From Thermoplasmata archaeon (GTDB lineage: Archaea; Thermoplasmatota; Thermoplasmata; Lutacidiplasmatales; UBA184): a stretch of DNA of 62,167 nt. Numbering within the stretch: the stretch's first letter is position 1; every line of letters begins with the position of its first letter. The notes beneath the pieces are model-generated. The model had not been told where the DNA came from. It made no database searches and saw nothing but the letters and a program-made list of their open reading frames with translations. This document shows positions 47,132-57,115 of the stretch, piece after piece. The stretch lies in NCBI GenBank assembly GCA_030038655.1, contig JASHSP010000118.1:1-62167 (forward strand), in the 5' to 3' direction. The position numbers were made by a program, and so were the translations under genes.

Positions 47132-48334
47132 ATGACGCACCCCGCGGCGCCGGTCGCGATCCTCGCCGCGGCCCGGACGCCGATCGGCCGGTACGGCGGC
47201 TCGCTCCGCTCCGTCCGCGCCCCCGGCCTCGGGGTCGTGGCCGCCCGCGCGGCGATCGACCGCAGCGGGGTGAGGGCAAACGAGATCGAAGAGGTCCTGT
47301 TCGGCGAGGCCATCCAGGCCGGGGTCGGCCAGAACCCGGCGCGCCAGGTCCTGCGCGGCGCCTCGGTCCCGGACTCGGTCGGGGCGGCGACCGTCAACAT
47401 GGTTTGCGGCTCGGGCATGAAGTCCCTCCTGCTCGGGGTCAATGCGATCCGCGCCGGCGAGCACGACCGCGTCCTCGTCGGCGGCATGGAGAGCATGTCG
47501 AACGCCCCCTACCTCGTCGAGGGGTCGATGCGCTGGGGCAGCAACCCCGGACCGCACGTGCTGGACGACGCCATGCAGCGCGACTCGCTGATCGATGCCT
47601 ACGAGGAGCACGAGATCATGGGGCTCACCGGCGAGCGGGTCGCCCGGAAGCTCGGGCTGGACCGGGCGGCGGTCGACGCGTTCGGACTGCGGAGCCACCG
47701 GCGGGCCTCCGCCGCGGTCGCCGACGGCACGTTCGCCCGGGAGCTGGTCCCCGTGCCGGCGGAGCTCACGCCGGGCGGAACCGGGCTCGACCACGACGAG
47801 GCCCCCCGCGCGGACACGACCCTCGAGAAGCTCGCCCGCCTCAAGCCCGCGTTCGCCCCGGACGGGGTGTTGACCGCCGGCAACTCCTCGAAGTTGTCGG
47901 ACGGCGCCGCCGCGCTCGTCCTCGCGAGCGAGGAGGAGGTCCGGCGGCGCCGCGCGGCGCCGCTGGCCTGGGTCCATTCCACGGGCGAGGGCGGCGTCCA
48001 CCCGCGCGACGTCATGGAGGCGCCGATCCCGACCGTCCGTCGGCATCTCGAGAGGACCGGGTTCCAGCCGTCCGATTTCGATCGCGTCGAGCACAACGAG
48101 GCCTACGCCTCGGCGTCGCTCGCGGTCCAGCGTGCCTTCGGCTTCACGGAGGACCAGTTCAACGTCCACGGCGGAGCCATCGCCTTGGGCCACCCGATCG
48201 GCGCGAGCGGGGCGAGGATCGTCGTGTCGCTCGTCCACGAGCTCCTGCGGTCGAACGGCAAGCTCGGGCTCGCCACGCTGTGCATGGGCGGCGGCAACGG
48301 GTTGAGCGTAATCGTCAGCCGGGAACGGCCCTAG
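47132..48334 (+). CDS. thiolase (acetyl-CoA C-acyltransferase)
   Basis: RTPIG, NMVCGSG, GGMESMS, NEAY, GGAIALGHPIGASGAR, LCMGGG. Confidence 0.95.
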   Translation: MTHPAAPVAILAAARTPIGRYGGSLRSVRAPGLGVVAARAAIDRSGVRANEIEEVLFGEAIQAGVGQNPARQVLRGASVPDSVGAATVNMVCGSGMKSLLLGVNAIRAGEHDRVLVGGMESMSNAPYLVEGSMRWGSNPGPHVLDDAMQRDSLIDAYEEHEIMGLTGERVARKLGLDRAAVDAFGLRSHRRASAAVADGTFARELVPVPAELTPGGTGLDHDEAPRADTTLEKLARLKPAFAPDGVLTAGNSSKLSDGAAALVLASEEEVRRRRAAPLAWVHSTGEGGVHPRDVMEAPIPTVRRHLERTGFQPSDFDRVEHNEAYASASLAVQRAFGFTEDQFNVHGGAIALGHPIGASGARIVVSLVHELLRSNGKLGLATLCMGGGNGLSVIVSRERP

Positions 48335-49548
48335 AGCAGCGGGATCCCGGTCCGCAGCTCGATCGCGTGGACCCACCGACGGGCGGCGATCCGCTCGCCC
48401 CGCGCAACCCGACCGGCCGCGTTCCGCCTCAGCTCCGCCGCGAACCGCGTCAGCCGCTGCACGACCCGGTCCGTCCGCAGCCCCTGGGCGAGGTCCCGCC
48501 GCGCCCCTTCGGAGAGGTCCCGGGCCCTCGACGACCCCCACGGTCCCCCGGCCCCGGGCGACAGCCAGCGGCGGATCGCCCGTCGGACCTCCCGGTACTC
48601 CTCGCCCGAGCGCGCGAGTTCCTTCTCGCGCCAGCCGAGCCGGTCCGTGTAGCGGGGCCGCAGGAGGAACCACCGTAGCGCCCCCGGACCGACGGCCGCG
48701 AGCGCCGCGCGGATCGGGACGAGGTTGCCGGTCGACTTCGACATCTTGGCGCCCTCTTGGAGGACGAACCCCGTGTGCAGGAACGTTCGGGAGAACCGCA
48801 CGCCGCCCAGCGCCAGGGCGATCTCGTTCCCGGCGTAATGGTGCGGGTAGATCAGGTCCCGCGCCCCACCGTGGAGGTCAACCGGGATGCCGAGCAGGCG
48901 GCGGGCCATCGAGTAGCACTCCAGGTGCCAGCCCGGGACGCCGCGACCCCACGGGCTGGGCCACGTCGGACCGGAACCCGCCTGGCGCTTCCAGACCAGG
49001 AAGGCGCGCTCCCCGCCGACCTTCGACGGGAACGGGTGTCCTCGTTCGGGCACGGCGTGCCGGGCGAGCTCCCGGCCGGTAGGGAAGTTCTCTCCCTCGG
49101 GACGTACGGGGGGCTCGTAGACCCACTCGTCGCCCGTCCGTCGGACCCGGCCGGTCCGTTCGAGCGCCCGGGCGACCCGGACCATCTCGGGGACGTAGTC
49201 GCTCGCCCGGGGCCGGCACTGCGGAGCGAGGATCCCGAGGCCCTCCAGGTCCCGGAAGAACGCCCGCTCCTCGCGGCGGGCCAGGGCGATCGAGCTGACC
49301 CCGAGCGCGCGCGCGCGCAGGTCGATCTTGTCCTCCACGTCGGTGACGTTCATCACGTGGCGCACGCGCAGACGCTCCCCCTCCAGGAACCGCCGGGCCA
49401 CGTCGAAGTAGAGGTACGTTCGCGCGTGCCCCACGTGGGCCGAGTCGTACACCGTCGGGCCGCAGACGTAGAGCGCCACGACGCCCTGGGGTCCGGGGCG
49501 TATCGTCCGCCATCCGCCCGAGAGGGAGTCCTCGAGGGCGAGCGGCAT
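48331..49548 (-). CDS. cysteinyl-tRNA synthetase-like protein, shortened (MshC-like architecture)
   Basis: YVCGPTVY..HVGHAR, NVTDVEDKI, PGWHLEC, DLHGG, KMSKSTGN; ~405 aa. Confidence 0.8.
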   Translation of the reverse strand: MPLALEDSLSGGWRTIRPGPQGVVALYVCGPTVYDSAHVGHARTYLYFDVARRFLEGERLRVRHVMNVTDVEDKIDLRARALGVSSIALARREERAFFRDLEGLGILAPQCRPRASDYVPEMVRVARALERTGRVRRTGDEWVYEPPVRPEGENFPTGRELARHAVPERGHPFPSKVGGERAFLVWKRQAGSGPTWPSPWGRGVPGWHLECYSMARRLLGIPVDLHGGARDLIYPHHYAGNEIALALGGVRFSRTFLHTGFVLQEGAKMSKSTGNLVPIRAALAAVGPGALRWFLLRPRYTDRLGWREKELARSGEEYREVRRAIRRWLSPGAGGPWGSSRARDLSEGARRDLAQGLRTDRVVQRLTRFAAELRRNAAGRVARGERIAARRWVHAIELRTGIPLL

Positions 49549-49732
49549 GCCGGCGACCGGCGAACGCTCCCACTTAGCGCTTTGGGGAACGTCGTGCACC
49601 GGGGGCCCCGGCCGGCCACCGCGCCGAGGGCCCGGCGGACCGGACCGCCGCCGCATCGGCAACGGTAATTACCCCGCGGGGTCCAGAACGCGCGTCCGGC
49701 TCCCCGCGACCCGAGGCCCGGAATCCACCTCG

Positions 49733-51238
49733 ATGGCCGAAGCGCGCTCCTCCCGCCCCGACGTGCTCCTCATCGTACTCGACTGCGTCCGGTCGGACCT
49801 CTTCGAGGCGGAGGTGGCGCGACCCGATGCCCTGCCGTTCCTGCACTCCCTCCGGAGCCAGGTCGCCTCGTTTCCGAGGACGGCGAGCACTGCGAGCTGG
49901 ACGATCCCGGGCCACGCGAGCCTGTTCACGGGCCTCTATCCGTGGGATCACGGCGCCCACTGCCGGCTGGGCCCGATCCTGACGCGCGAGCCCGAGACGA
50001 TCGCGGAGTTCCTCCAGCGGGAAGGGTACGCCACGGGGTTCTTCTCCGCGAACTCGTACGTGCAGCCGTCGACCGGCTTGGCCCGCGGCTTCCAGGAGAC
50101 CCTCTGGGGCGGCGCCCGCGAGTTCTTCCTGCGGTTCGCCTCCATCCAGAAGGCCGGATGCCCGGACCTGGGGGGCCATCCGCTCACGCCGCTCCCCGCG
50201 TCGTCCCCGGGCGCACGGCCGTCCCCGCTGCGGGACCTGGCCATGAGCTCGCTGCCCCGGCTGCCGGCGGTCTGGGACGCCATGAACCGGACCGGCGGGA
50301 AGCTGCTCGGCACCTACGCGAAGGACATGCACGCGGTCTGCCCGTGGATCGAGCCCGAGCTCGACGGCTGGCTCGCCCGCCAGCGCCCGGACCAGCCGGT
50401 GTTCGCGTTCGTCAACCTGGTCGAGGCCCACGAACCCTACCTCGCCGACGGCGGTGACCCGGTGTCGGTCGGGCGATGGCTCTCCTACGCGCGGTCCGGA
50501 CAGGACTCGATCTCGTGGATCCGCGGCGCCTGGACCCCGTCGCCCCGCGAGGTCGCGTCGGTCCGAGCAGGGTACGTCCGCTCGCTTCGCACCCTCGACC
50601 GGCGGGTCCAGCAGATCGTGGAGCGGTTCGCGTCCCGGAGGGACTGGGACAACACGCTGTTCGTCCTGACGAGCGATCACGGCCAGGCGTTCCTCGAGCA
50701 GGACCTGTTGTACCATCGGTTCCGGGTCGACGAACCGATCGCCCGGATCCCGCTCTGGATCCGGTCGCCGGGCTCGGCCGTCACCGGCGCCCGGTCCGAC
50801 GAGTGGGCGAGCCTCGTGGACGTGCCGCGCACGATCGCCGCGCGCTTGGGCCGAACGTCGTTCGGCGACGCGGGCTCCCGCGACCTGCTCGACCCGGCTT
50901 CCGCCAGCGAGGGGACCGCGGTCTACTGCATGACCGACGGCATGCCCGCGGGCGAGGAACGCGGTGTGGACGAGGCCCGCCGGCATCTGCTGGACCGGCT
51001 CGAGGTGGCGGCGTACCGGGGCAACGTTAAGGCGGTCGCGGGCGAGGTCGGCGACCCGTCCTCCTATCGGGTCTCCGCCGAGGCCGTCGGGGTCCCGACG
51101 CGCCTCGCGGGAGACAGCGCGGAGCCCGCCGCCGTCATCGAGCTGGCTCGCGCCGCGATCGACCTGGCCCGGGCCCGGATCTCCTCCCGGGCGTACCACG
51201 GCTCCGTCGAACACCGGATCGCCGGCTGGGGATACTGA
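49733..51238 (+). CDS. sulfatase-like hydrolase/transferase (alkaline phosphatase superfamily)
   Basis: IVLDCVR, SWTIPGHASLFTG, NLVEAHEPY, TSDHG. Confidence 0.85.
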   Translation: MAEARSSRPDVLLIVLDCVRSDLFEAEVARPDALPFLHSLRSQVASFPRTASTASWTIPGHASLFTGLYPWDHGAHCRLGPILTREPETIAEFLQREGYATGFFSANSYVQPSTGLARGFQETLWGGAREFFLRFASIQKAGCPDLGGHPLTPLPASSPGARPSPLRDLAMSSLPRLPAVWDAMNRTGGKLLGTYAKDMHAVCPWIEPELDGWLARQRPDQPVFAFVNLVEAHEPYLADGGDPVSVGRWLSYARSGQDSISWIRGAWTPSPREVASVRAGYVRSLRTLDRRVQQIVERFASRRDWDNTLFVLTSDHGQAFLEQDLLYHRFRVDEPIARIPLWIRSPGSAVTGARSDEWASLVDVPRTIAARLGRTSFGDAGSRDLLDPASASEGTAVYCMTDGMPAGEERGVDEARRHLLDRLEVAAYRGNVKAVAGEVGDPSSYRVSAEAVGVPTRLAGDSAEPAAVIELARAAIDLARARISSRAYHGSVEHRIAGWGY

Positions 51239-51407
51239 GCTCGCGACCCCGTACCGGCGCGACGGCCCCACGGGGGCCGGGACGGAGAACCTCACCGGTG
51301 CGTGAGGCGCGGGGTCCTCGTTGGGTCCGACCGCGGCGGGGGCGGGCCGGCGGGGGATCGCCGGGCACCCACGCGATATATAGGCCCGAGGGGGAGAGTC
51401 CCCCGCG

Positions 51408-52376
51408 ATGCCGTCCGGACCCACGGGGCGCCCGGTCGTCGTGACCGGCGGCGCCGGCGCGATCGGATCCGTCCTGGTGCGCGCGCTGCTGGAGCGCGGG
51501 GACGAGGTACGGGTCATCGACAACCTATCGAGCGGTCGACGGGGGTACCTGCCCGACCCCGCCTCCTCCCCGCGGCTGACGCTGACGGTCGCGGACCTCC
51601 GCGAACCGGAACGGTACGGCGAGCAGCTCCGCGGGGCGGCCGAGGTCTGGCATATCGCCGCCAATCCCGACATACGCCTCGGCACGGCCGACCCCCGGGT
51701 CGATTTCGAGGCGGGGACGGTTGCGACGTTCCACGTGCTCGAACAGGTCCGGCGCGCGGGGGTGCCCCGGATCCTGTTCTCGTCGTCCAGCACTGTCTAC
51801 GGCCGCCCCGACCGGTTTCCCACGCCCGAGGAGTATGGTCCGCTCCTTCCCCAGTCGCTCTACGGGGCGGCCAAGCTGGCCGCGGAGGGGCTCCTGAGCG
51901 GGTACGCGCACACCTACGGTCTCAAGGCCTATGTCTTCCGGTTCGCCAACATCATCGGGCCGGCGATGACCCACGGGATCCTGCACGATTTCTTCGAGAA
52001 GCTTCGGGTCGACCCGCGCCGCCTCGAAGTGCTGGGGGATGGTCGTCAGGCGAAGAGCTACCTCCGGACGGAGGAGTGCGTGGACGGGATGCTGGCGGTG
52101 GCCGACCGCGCCGCCGACGCGGTCAACCTCTACAACCTCGGCACGCACGATCGGATCTCCGTCCGGGAGATCGCCGAAAAGGTCGTGGCCGCGCACGGAG
52201 GCGGGGCCCGCATCGAGTACACCGGTGGGGAGAAGGGCTGGGCGGGGGACGTCCCCCAGCAGCTCCTCTCGATCGACAAGGCGACGCGGCTCGGATGGAC
52301 GCCGCGCCGGACCAGCGCGCAGGCGATCGACCTCACGATCGCCGAGATGGTCCGTACGCGGGGAGTGCACGGGTAG
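51408..52376 (+). CDS. NAD-dependent sugar epimerase/dehydratase
   Basis: VTGGAGAIGS, DNLSSG, SSSTVYG, YGAAK, GDGRQAKSYL; ATATATA at 51376-51382. Confidence 0.93.
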   Translation: MPSGPTGRPVVVTGGAGAIGSVLVRALLERGDEVRVIDNLSSGRRGYLPDPASSPRLTLTVADLREPERYGEQLRGAAEVWHIAANPDIRLGTADPRVDFEAGTVATFHVLEQVRRAGVPRILFSSSSTVYGRPDRFPTPEEYGPLLPQSLYGAAKLAAEGLLSGYAHTYGLKAYVFRFANIIGPAMTHGILHDFFEKLRVDPRRLEVLGDGRQAKSYLRTEECVDGMLAVADRAADAVNLYNLGTHDRISVREIAEKVVAAHGGGARIEYTGGEKGWAGDVPQQLLSIDKATRLGWTPRRTSAQAIDLTIAEMVRTRGVHG

Positions 52377-52381
52377 AGCCC

Positions 52382-53236
52382 GTGGCCCGCCGTCGGACGA
52401 GGGGGGAGCGGTTGGGGACGGTCTGCGTGGAGATCGCGGTCAAGGACGACCCGCGCCTGCTGGCCGCCCTGGATTCGCTCGACAAGCAGACCCGGCGGCC
52501 CGACCGAGTGCTGATCGCCGGGTCCCCCGCGACCCCGGAAGCGCTCGCCTCGGCCGCGACGTCCCGCTACCCCGCGCTGCACGTCGAGCTTGTGCGGATC
52601 CCCGGCGGGCCGGTCGACGCGCGGGCGGAGTCGATCCGGATGCTGGCCGAGGAGACCACGGCGTTCCTCGATTCCGACGAGGTCGCGCCGCCCGACTGGC
52701 TCGCCCGCCTCGTCGCCCCGGTCGAGAGCGGGGCGGTCGCGTTCACGGGGGGCCCGACGCGACCGCTCCGGAAGGCCGAGAACCCGATCGAGCACTACTA
52801 CGAGCTCCTCGAGGCGTCGATCTACGACGACCTCGTGCGCCAGAGCATCACCTACCTCCCCCTCCAGAACAGCGCCTGGCGGACGAGCGTGCTGAAAGAG
52901 TTCGGGTTCGACCCGCTCGTGACGGCCGAGGACCACGACCTCGAGACGCGCGTCATCCGCGCCGGACTGAACGGCGCCTTCCTGCCGGACGCCTGGGTGT
53001 ACCACGACAAGAGCAACGAGACGAGCTACGTGCGCTGGGCCCGGAAGCGCTACCTCTACCTGTACCAGATGGCGATGTCGATCTGGAAGAACGACGAGGT
53101 GGGCCACCGGTTCCGCGAGCGCCGCCGGCCCGTGCGCCACCCGCTCCGGTACGTCGAGGCCGTGATGAAGCCGTTCGCGTTCGTGCACGCCTGGGTCCAG
53201 TGGTCGCGCAAGGGGACGCCCGCGCGCGCCCCGTAG
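52382..53236 (+). CDS. family 2 glycosyltransferase
   Basis: AFLDSDE, WLARL, GFDP, EDHDL, VYH. Confidence 0.85.
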   Translation: MARRRTRGERLGTVCVEIAVKDDPRLLAALDSLDKQTRRPDRVLIAGSPATPEALASAATSRYPALHVELVRIPGGPVDARAESIRMLAEETTAFLDSDEVAPPDWLARLVAPVESGAVAFTGGPTRPLRKAENPIEHYYELLEASIYDDLVRQSITYLPLQNSAWRTSVLKEFGFDPLVTAEDHDLETRVIRAGLNGAFLPDAWVYHDKSNETSYVRWARKRYLYLYQMAMSIWKNDEVGHRFRERRRPVRHPLRYVEAVMKPFAFVHAWVQWSRKGTPARAP

Positions 53237-53319
53237 CGGCGCGCCGGCCCGCCGACCGCGCCCCGACCCCCGGGCGCTAGGTTGAAGAACCGTGCGTCCG
53301 TCCCCGTCGCGGGCTCGGG

Positions 53320-53556
53320 ATGGAGACGGTGTTCCTCCTGGTGGAGGTCGACGTGGGCCACCTCGACGAGGTGCACCGCCGCATCAAGGCGGTCCCGAAC
53401 GTCACCGAGGTGCAGGCCGTGACGGGCCCGTTCGACCTCATCGTCAAGGTCGAGGCGCCTCAGATCAACCAGGCGCTCGACGTGGTCGTTCACCGGATCC
53501 GCAAGATCCCGGGCATCAAGTCGACCGAGACCCTCGTGACGGTCTCGATGGCCTGA
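53320..53556 (+). CDS. stand-alone Lrp/AsnC ligand-binding (RAM) domain protein
   Basis: VTGPFDLIVKV, IRKIPGIKSTETL. Confidence 0.9.
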   Translation: METVFLLVEVDVGHLDEVHRRIKAVPNVTEVQAVTGPFDLIVKVEAPQINQALDVVVHRIRKIPGIKSTETLVTVSMA

Positions 53557-53601
53557 GCGGGCGGGTCCGCCTCATATACGCCCCGTCCCGTGGCGGGTCC
53601 G

Positions 53602-54042
53602 ATGATCGCCGTCGGAGAACCCGCGCCCGATTTCGAAGCCCCGAACCAGGACGGAACTCCGTTCCGCCTCTCGTCGCTGAAAGGATCGCCGGTCGTGCTC
53701 TACTTCTACCCGAAGGCGGACACGCCCGGATGTACGGTCGAGTCGAAGGGGTTCCAGGAGCACCTGCCGGAGTTCGCGAAGGGCGGCGTGCGGATCGTCG
53801 GGGTCAGCGTCGACGACTGCCCCGCGCAGCTCGCGTTCGCTCGGAAGTACGGCCTCGCGTTCCCGCTCATCGCGGACTCGAAGAAGGAGGTCTCGGGGCG
53901 GTACGGCGTCCTCGGGCCGCGCGGCGTCGCCCGCCGGGTCTCGTTCCTGATCGACCGCGACGGCACGGTCGCGGAGGTCGTCGACTCGTCCGCCCCCGAC
54001 CCGCACGTGGCCCGGGCCCGAGCCCGGTTCCTCGCGGCGTAA
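53602..54042 (+). CDS. bcp: peroxiredoxin, BCP type
   Basis: APDF, YFYPKADTPGCTVE, GVSVD, RVSFLID. Confidence 0.92.
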   Translation: MIAVGEPAPDFEAPNQDGTPFRLSSLKGSPVVLYFYPKADTPGCTVESKGFQEHLPEFAKGGVRIVGVSVDDCPAQLAFARKYGLAFPLIADSKKEVSGRYGVLGPRGVARRVSFLIDRDGTVAEVVDSSAPDPHVARARARFLAA

Positions 54043-54051
54043 CGCCCCGGT

Positions 54052-57000
54052 TCAGGGCCGCTCGTCGGCCCCGTCCGCGGGCGGCGGGCGGACGCCGGCC
54101 CGCGGAGACCGGCGTCCGGAGAAGTTCCAGGCCCGGTCCCCGAGAAGCTGGAGGGTCGCCGGCACGAGGTACGTCCGCACGACCATCGCGTCCAGCAGGA
54201 CCGCGGTCGCGACCGCAAAGCCGATCGCCCGGATCAGCGTGAACTCGCCCACCGTCAGCGAGGCGAACGCGCAGGCGAGGATCACGGCGGCCGCGGTGAT
54301 GATCCCTCCGGTCCGGCCGAGCGACTCGGCCACCGCGGGACCGGCGGTCTTGCCGCGGAGCCGCTCCTCGCGCACCCGCGTGAGGAGGAAGATGTTGTAG
54401 TCGATCCCCAGTCCGAGGACCAGCACGACCAGGATCGTGCGGACGTAGAAGAACAGCGGAAAGCCGAGGAGGTCGCGGAACAGGAGGTCCGTCACCGCCC
54501 ACGCCCAGCCGATCGACAGCCCGATCGTGCCGACCGCCATCAGCGCGATGATCCACGACCGCAGGACCGCGAGCAGGACGCCGACGAGCCCGACCGTCAC
54601 CGCCACGAGCATGACCTCGGTCGCGAACGTTGTCTCGGCCGCGAGGTCGCGGATCACGGGCGCTCCGCCGCCGAACGCGAGCTCCTGGATCTCGGGATGG
54701 CTCGATTGGTAGGCATCGAACGAGGCGGTCACCCCCTGGACCGCCCTCACCGCGCCCTCGGAGAGACCCGTGTCGTTCGTCTGGAGGGTGAAGAGGACCG
54801 TCCGACCGTCGATCCCGACGTACGGGGCGAGCGTCCCCAGCAGGTTCGCCCGGGTCGCAGGCAGGGCGGTGGAAAGACCCAGCCACTGCGGGACCGTCGC
54901 GCCGTACGGCCCGACCGGCGAGAGCACGGAACGGATGCCGGACGCGTTCGCGGCGATCGACGTGAGCTGGGCGACGTCCACGAACTCGGTCGCATTCGAG
55001 ACGTTGCGGACGACGAGCGGCGCGGCGAATGTCACGAGGGCGAACGACGGTACGGCGTACCCCGGCCCGAATTGCTGCCCGAGCTCCGCCAGGCCGTCGG
55101 TCGCGGGGTGGCCGCTCGGGAGCTGCCCGTAGAAGTCGTAGGAGACCGGCACGGTCACCGCGACCGCGAGCAGCGGCACCGAGACCGCCAGGATGACGGC
55201 GACCACGCTCGCCGGACGCTTCTGCGTGAGGCGGGCGGCCCGGTAGAAATACGTCCGGCCCGCGCGCGTGTTCTCTTCGACCACCGCGGCGTGTCGCCGG
55301 AACCGCGCGCCGGAGTTCGGCCAGAAGATCCTCGGGCCGAGGAGCTTCAGCGCGGCCGGTACGAACGTGAGGGAAAGGAGCATCGTGATCAGGATCGCGA
55401 GCGACAGGACCATCCCCCACTCGGAGAGGAGCGCCACGCCGCAGAACGCGAGCGCGAGGGTCACGATGATCGCCGTCGATCCGCTGGTCGCGACCGACTG
55501 GCCGGCCCAGGTGAGCGACGCGACGACGGCCTCGTCCGAGGACCTCCCGGCGACGAGTTCCTCACGGTAGCGGGCGACCAGGAAGATCGAATAGTCGGTG
55601 CCCACCCCCAGGACGAACACTTCCTCCAGGGCGAGCGAGGAGGAATCGACGTGCGTGATCAGCGTGCCGACCAGCACCGTACCGCCCAGCCCGAGGACGA
55701 GCGCGATCCCGAGGCCCGCGAACGTCACCATCGGCGTGAGCGGGGACCGGAAGTAGATCATCGAGATCCCGAGGAGGAGGCCGACCGTGATCGGCAGTAC
55801 GAGCGCGAGCGACGAGTTCGTCGCCTCCTGCGTCAGGAGGTCGAGCGGCGCCGGCCCCGTCTGGGCGTACGATATCGCACCGGCCGGGTCGGACGCCGCG
55901 AGGGTGGCGGCCGTGTCGTTGGCGATGGTGGCCAGGTCGCCGTAGACGGGGTCCGCCCCGCCCCCGGTCGTGTAGTCGTCCGCGACCCGGAACGTCACCT
56001 GGATCAGGCTCGCGGTGCCGCCGGGGCTCACGAAGTCGTACCGGATCGCGCTCGGCACCGGGAGCGGCTCCGCGCCGAGCGTCGAGGCGTCGACGAGCGC
56101 GCCGGCGAACGTCGTGGCCTCGGCGGCGGTCGGGTCGGCGCCCGGAAACGCCGTCCATACGGTGTCGACCCACCCCGCCGGAAGGCCGGACGCCGACGCG
56201 ACGACCACGCTCGCCACCGACCGGACGACCGTCCCGTTGGTGTAGTTGGCGACCCCCATCGTCGCCAGCACCGTGGGCGCGATCGATTGCGGCGCGGTCG
56301 GGAGCCCGAGGTACGGCAGGGCGAGCGGAAGGTTGGCCCGCTCGACCCCCTCCGCGCACGCCACGACGCCGGCGGGCACCGACTGGTTCGCGCAGTCGGC
56401 CGAGCCGTTGAACCCGGCGTCCGAGGTTCCGTTACCGTTGTAGAACGCCGAGAGGACGGCGCGGGCCGTGGCGTTCGACAGCCCGGACTCGGTCGCGTGG
56501 TACGCGGGGTAGTTCGCCGCCCAGGGCGTGCTCGCGTTGCCCGATTCGAACGACTCCCACGAGGCGAGGTACGTCGCCGGGATCCCCCAGAGTAGCGCCG
56601 CGGTGTTGTTCACGAGCGCGGTGGCCGACGGGGTCCCCCCCTGGGCGGCCCGGATCGATCCGGCCGCCAGCTCGACCTCTCCCGCGAGGTAGCCGGAGTA
56701 GGCGGTGTAGACGTCCGCGACCGACCCGACGTACCGGAGCCGTGCGTCGGCGGTCAGGTTCGCCGTGACGTTCTGGACGACCTCCTGGGCGTGCCGGTCC
56801 GTGAGGTTGGACCCGTAGAGCAGCACCAGGGTCGAGGACCCGCCCGTGTCGTTGGGGAAGAGCGTGTCGAACCGCTGCTGCGCGAGCGAGCTCGGCGAGG
56901 ACGCGGGGGCGCTGTCGGCCGAGTTGGTCGTGACGGAGCCGAGGCGGGAGAGGAACGGCACGGCGACCACGAGCAGGACGACCCAGAAGACGATCGGATA

Positions 57001-57084
57001 GTACGGATGGCGCACGACCCATCGGCCGAGCCCGCCGAAGAGCCGGACGCCGGCATCCGACCGGGCCCTGCCCACGGCCGACAC
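54052..57084 (-). CDS. MMPL/RND family transporter
   Basis: Two transporter halves, GVGTDYSIFLVARYREE and GLGIDYNIFLLTRVREE; large extracytoplasmic loops. Confidence 0.93.
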   Translation of the reverse strand: MSAVGRARSDAGVRLFGGLGRWVVRHPYYPIVFWVVLLVVAVPFLSRLGSVTTNSADSAPASSPSSLAQQRFDTLFPNDTGGSSTLVLLYGSNLTDRHAQEVVQNVTANLTADARLRYVGSVADVYTAYSGYLAGEVELAAGSIRAAQGGTPSATALVNNTAALLWGIPATYLASWESFESGNASTPWAANYPAYHATESGLSNATARAVLSAFYNGNGTSDAGFNGSADCANQSVPAGVVACAEGVERANLPLALPYLGLPTAPQSIAPTVLATMGVANYTNGTVVRSVASVVVASASGLPAGWVDTVWTAFPGADPTAAEATTFAGALVDASTLGAEPLPVPSAIRYDFVSPGGTASLIQVTFRVADDYTTGGGADPVYGDLATIANDTAATLAASDPAGAISYAQTGPAPLDLLTQEATNSSLALVLPITVGLLLGISMIYFRSPLTPMVTFAGLGIALVLGLGGTVLVGTLITHVDSSSLALEEVFVLGVGTDYSIFLVARYREELVAGRSSDEAVVASLTWAGQSVATSGSTAIIVTLALAFCGVALLSEWGMVLSLAILITMLLSLTFVPAALKLLGPRIFWPNSGARFRRHAAVVEENTRAGRTYFYRAARLTQKRPASVVAVILAVSVPLLAVAVTVPVSYDFYGQLPSGHPATDGLAELGQQFGPGYAVPSFALVTFAAPLVVRNVSNATEFVDVAQLTSIAANASGIRSVLSPVGPYGATVPQWLGLSTALPATRANLLGTLAPYVGIDGRTVLFTLQTNDTGLSEGAVRAVQGVTASFDAYQSSHPEIQELAFGGGAPVIRDLAAETTFATEVMLVAVTVGLVGVLLAVLRSWIIALMAVGTIGLSIGWAWAVTDLLFRDLLGFPLFFYVRTILVVLVLGLGIDYNIFLLTRVREERLRGKTAGPAVAESLGRTGGIITAAAVILACAFASLTVGEFTLIRAIGFAVATAVLLDAMVVRTYLVPATLQLLGDRAWNFSGRRSPRAGVRPPPADGADERP

Positions 57085-57115
57085 GACCGGTTCCGAGAGG
57101 GCGCGGCAGATAACC

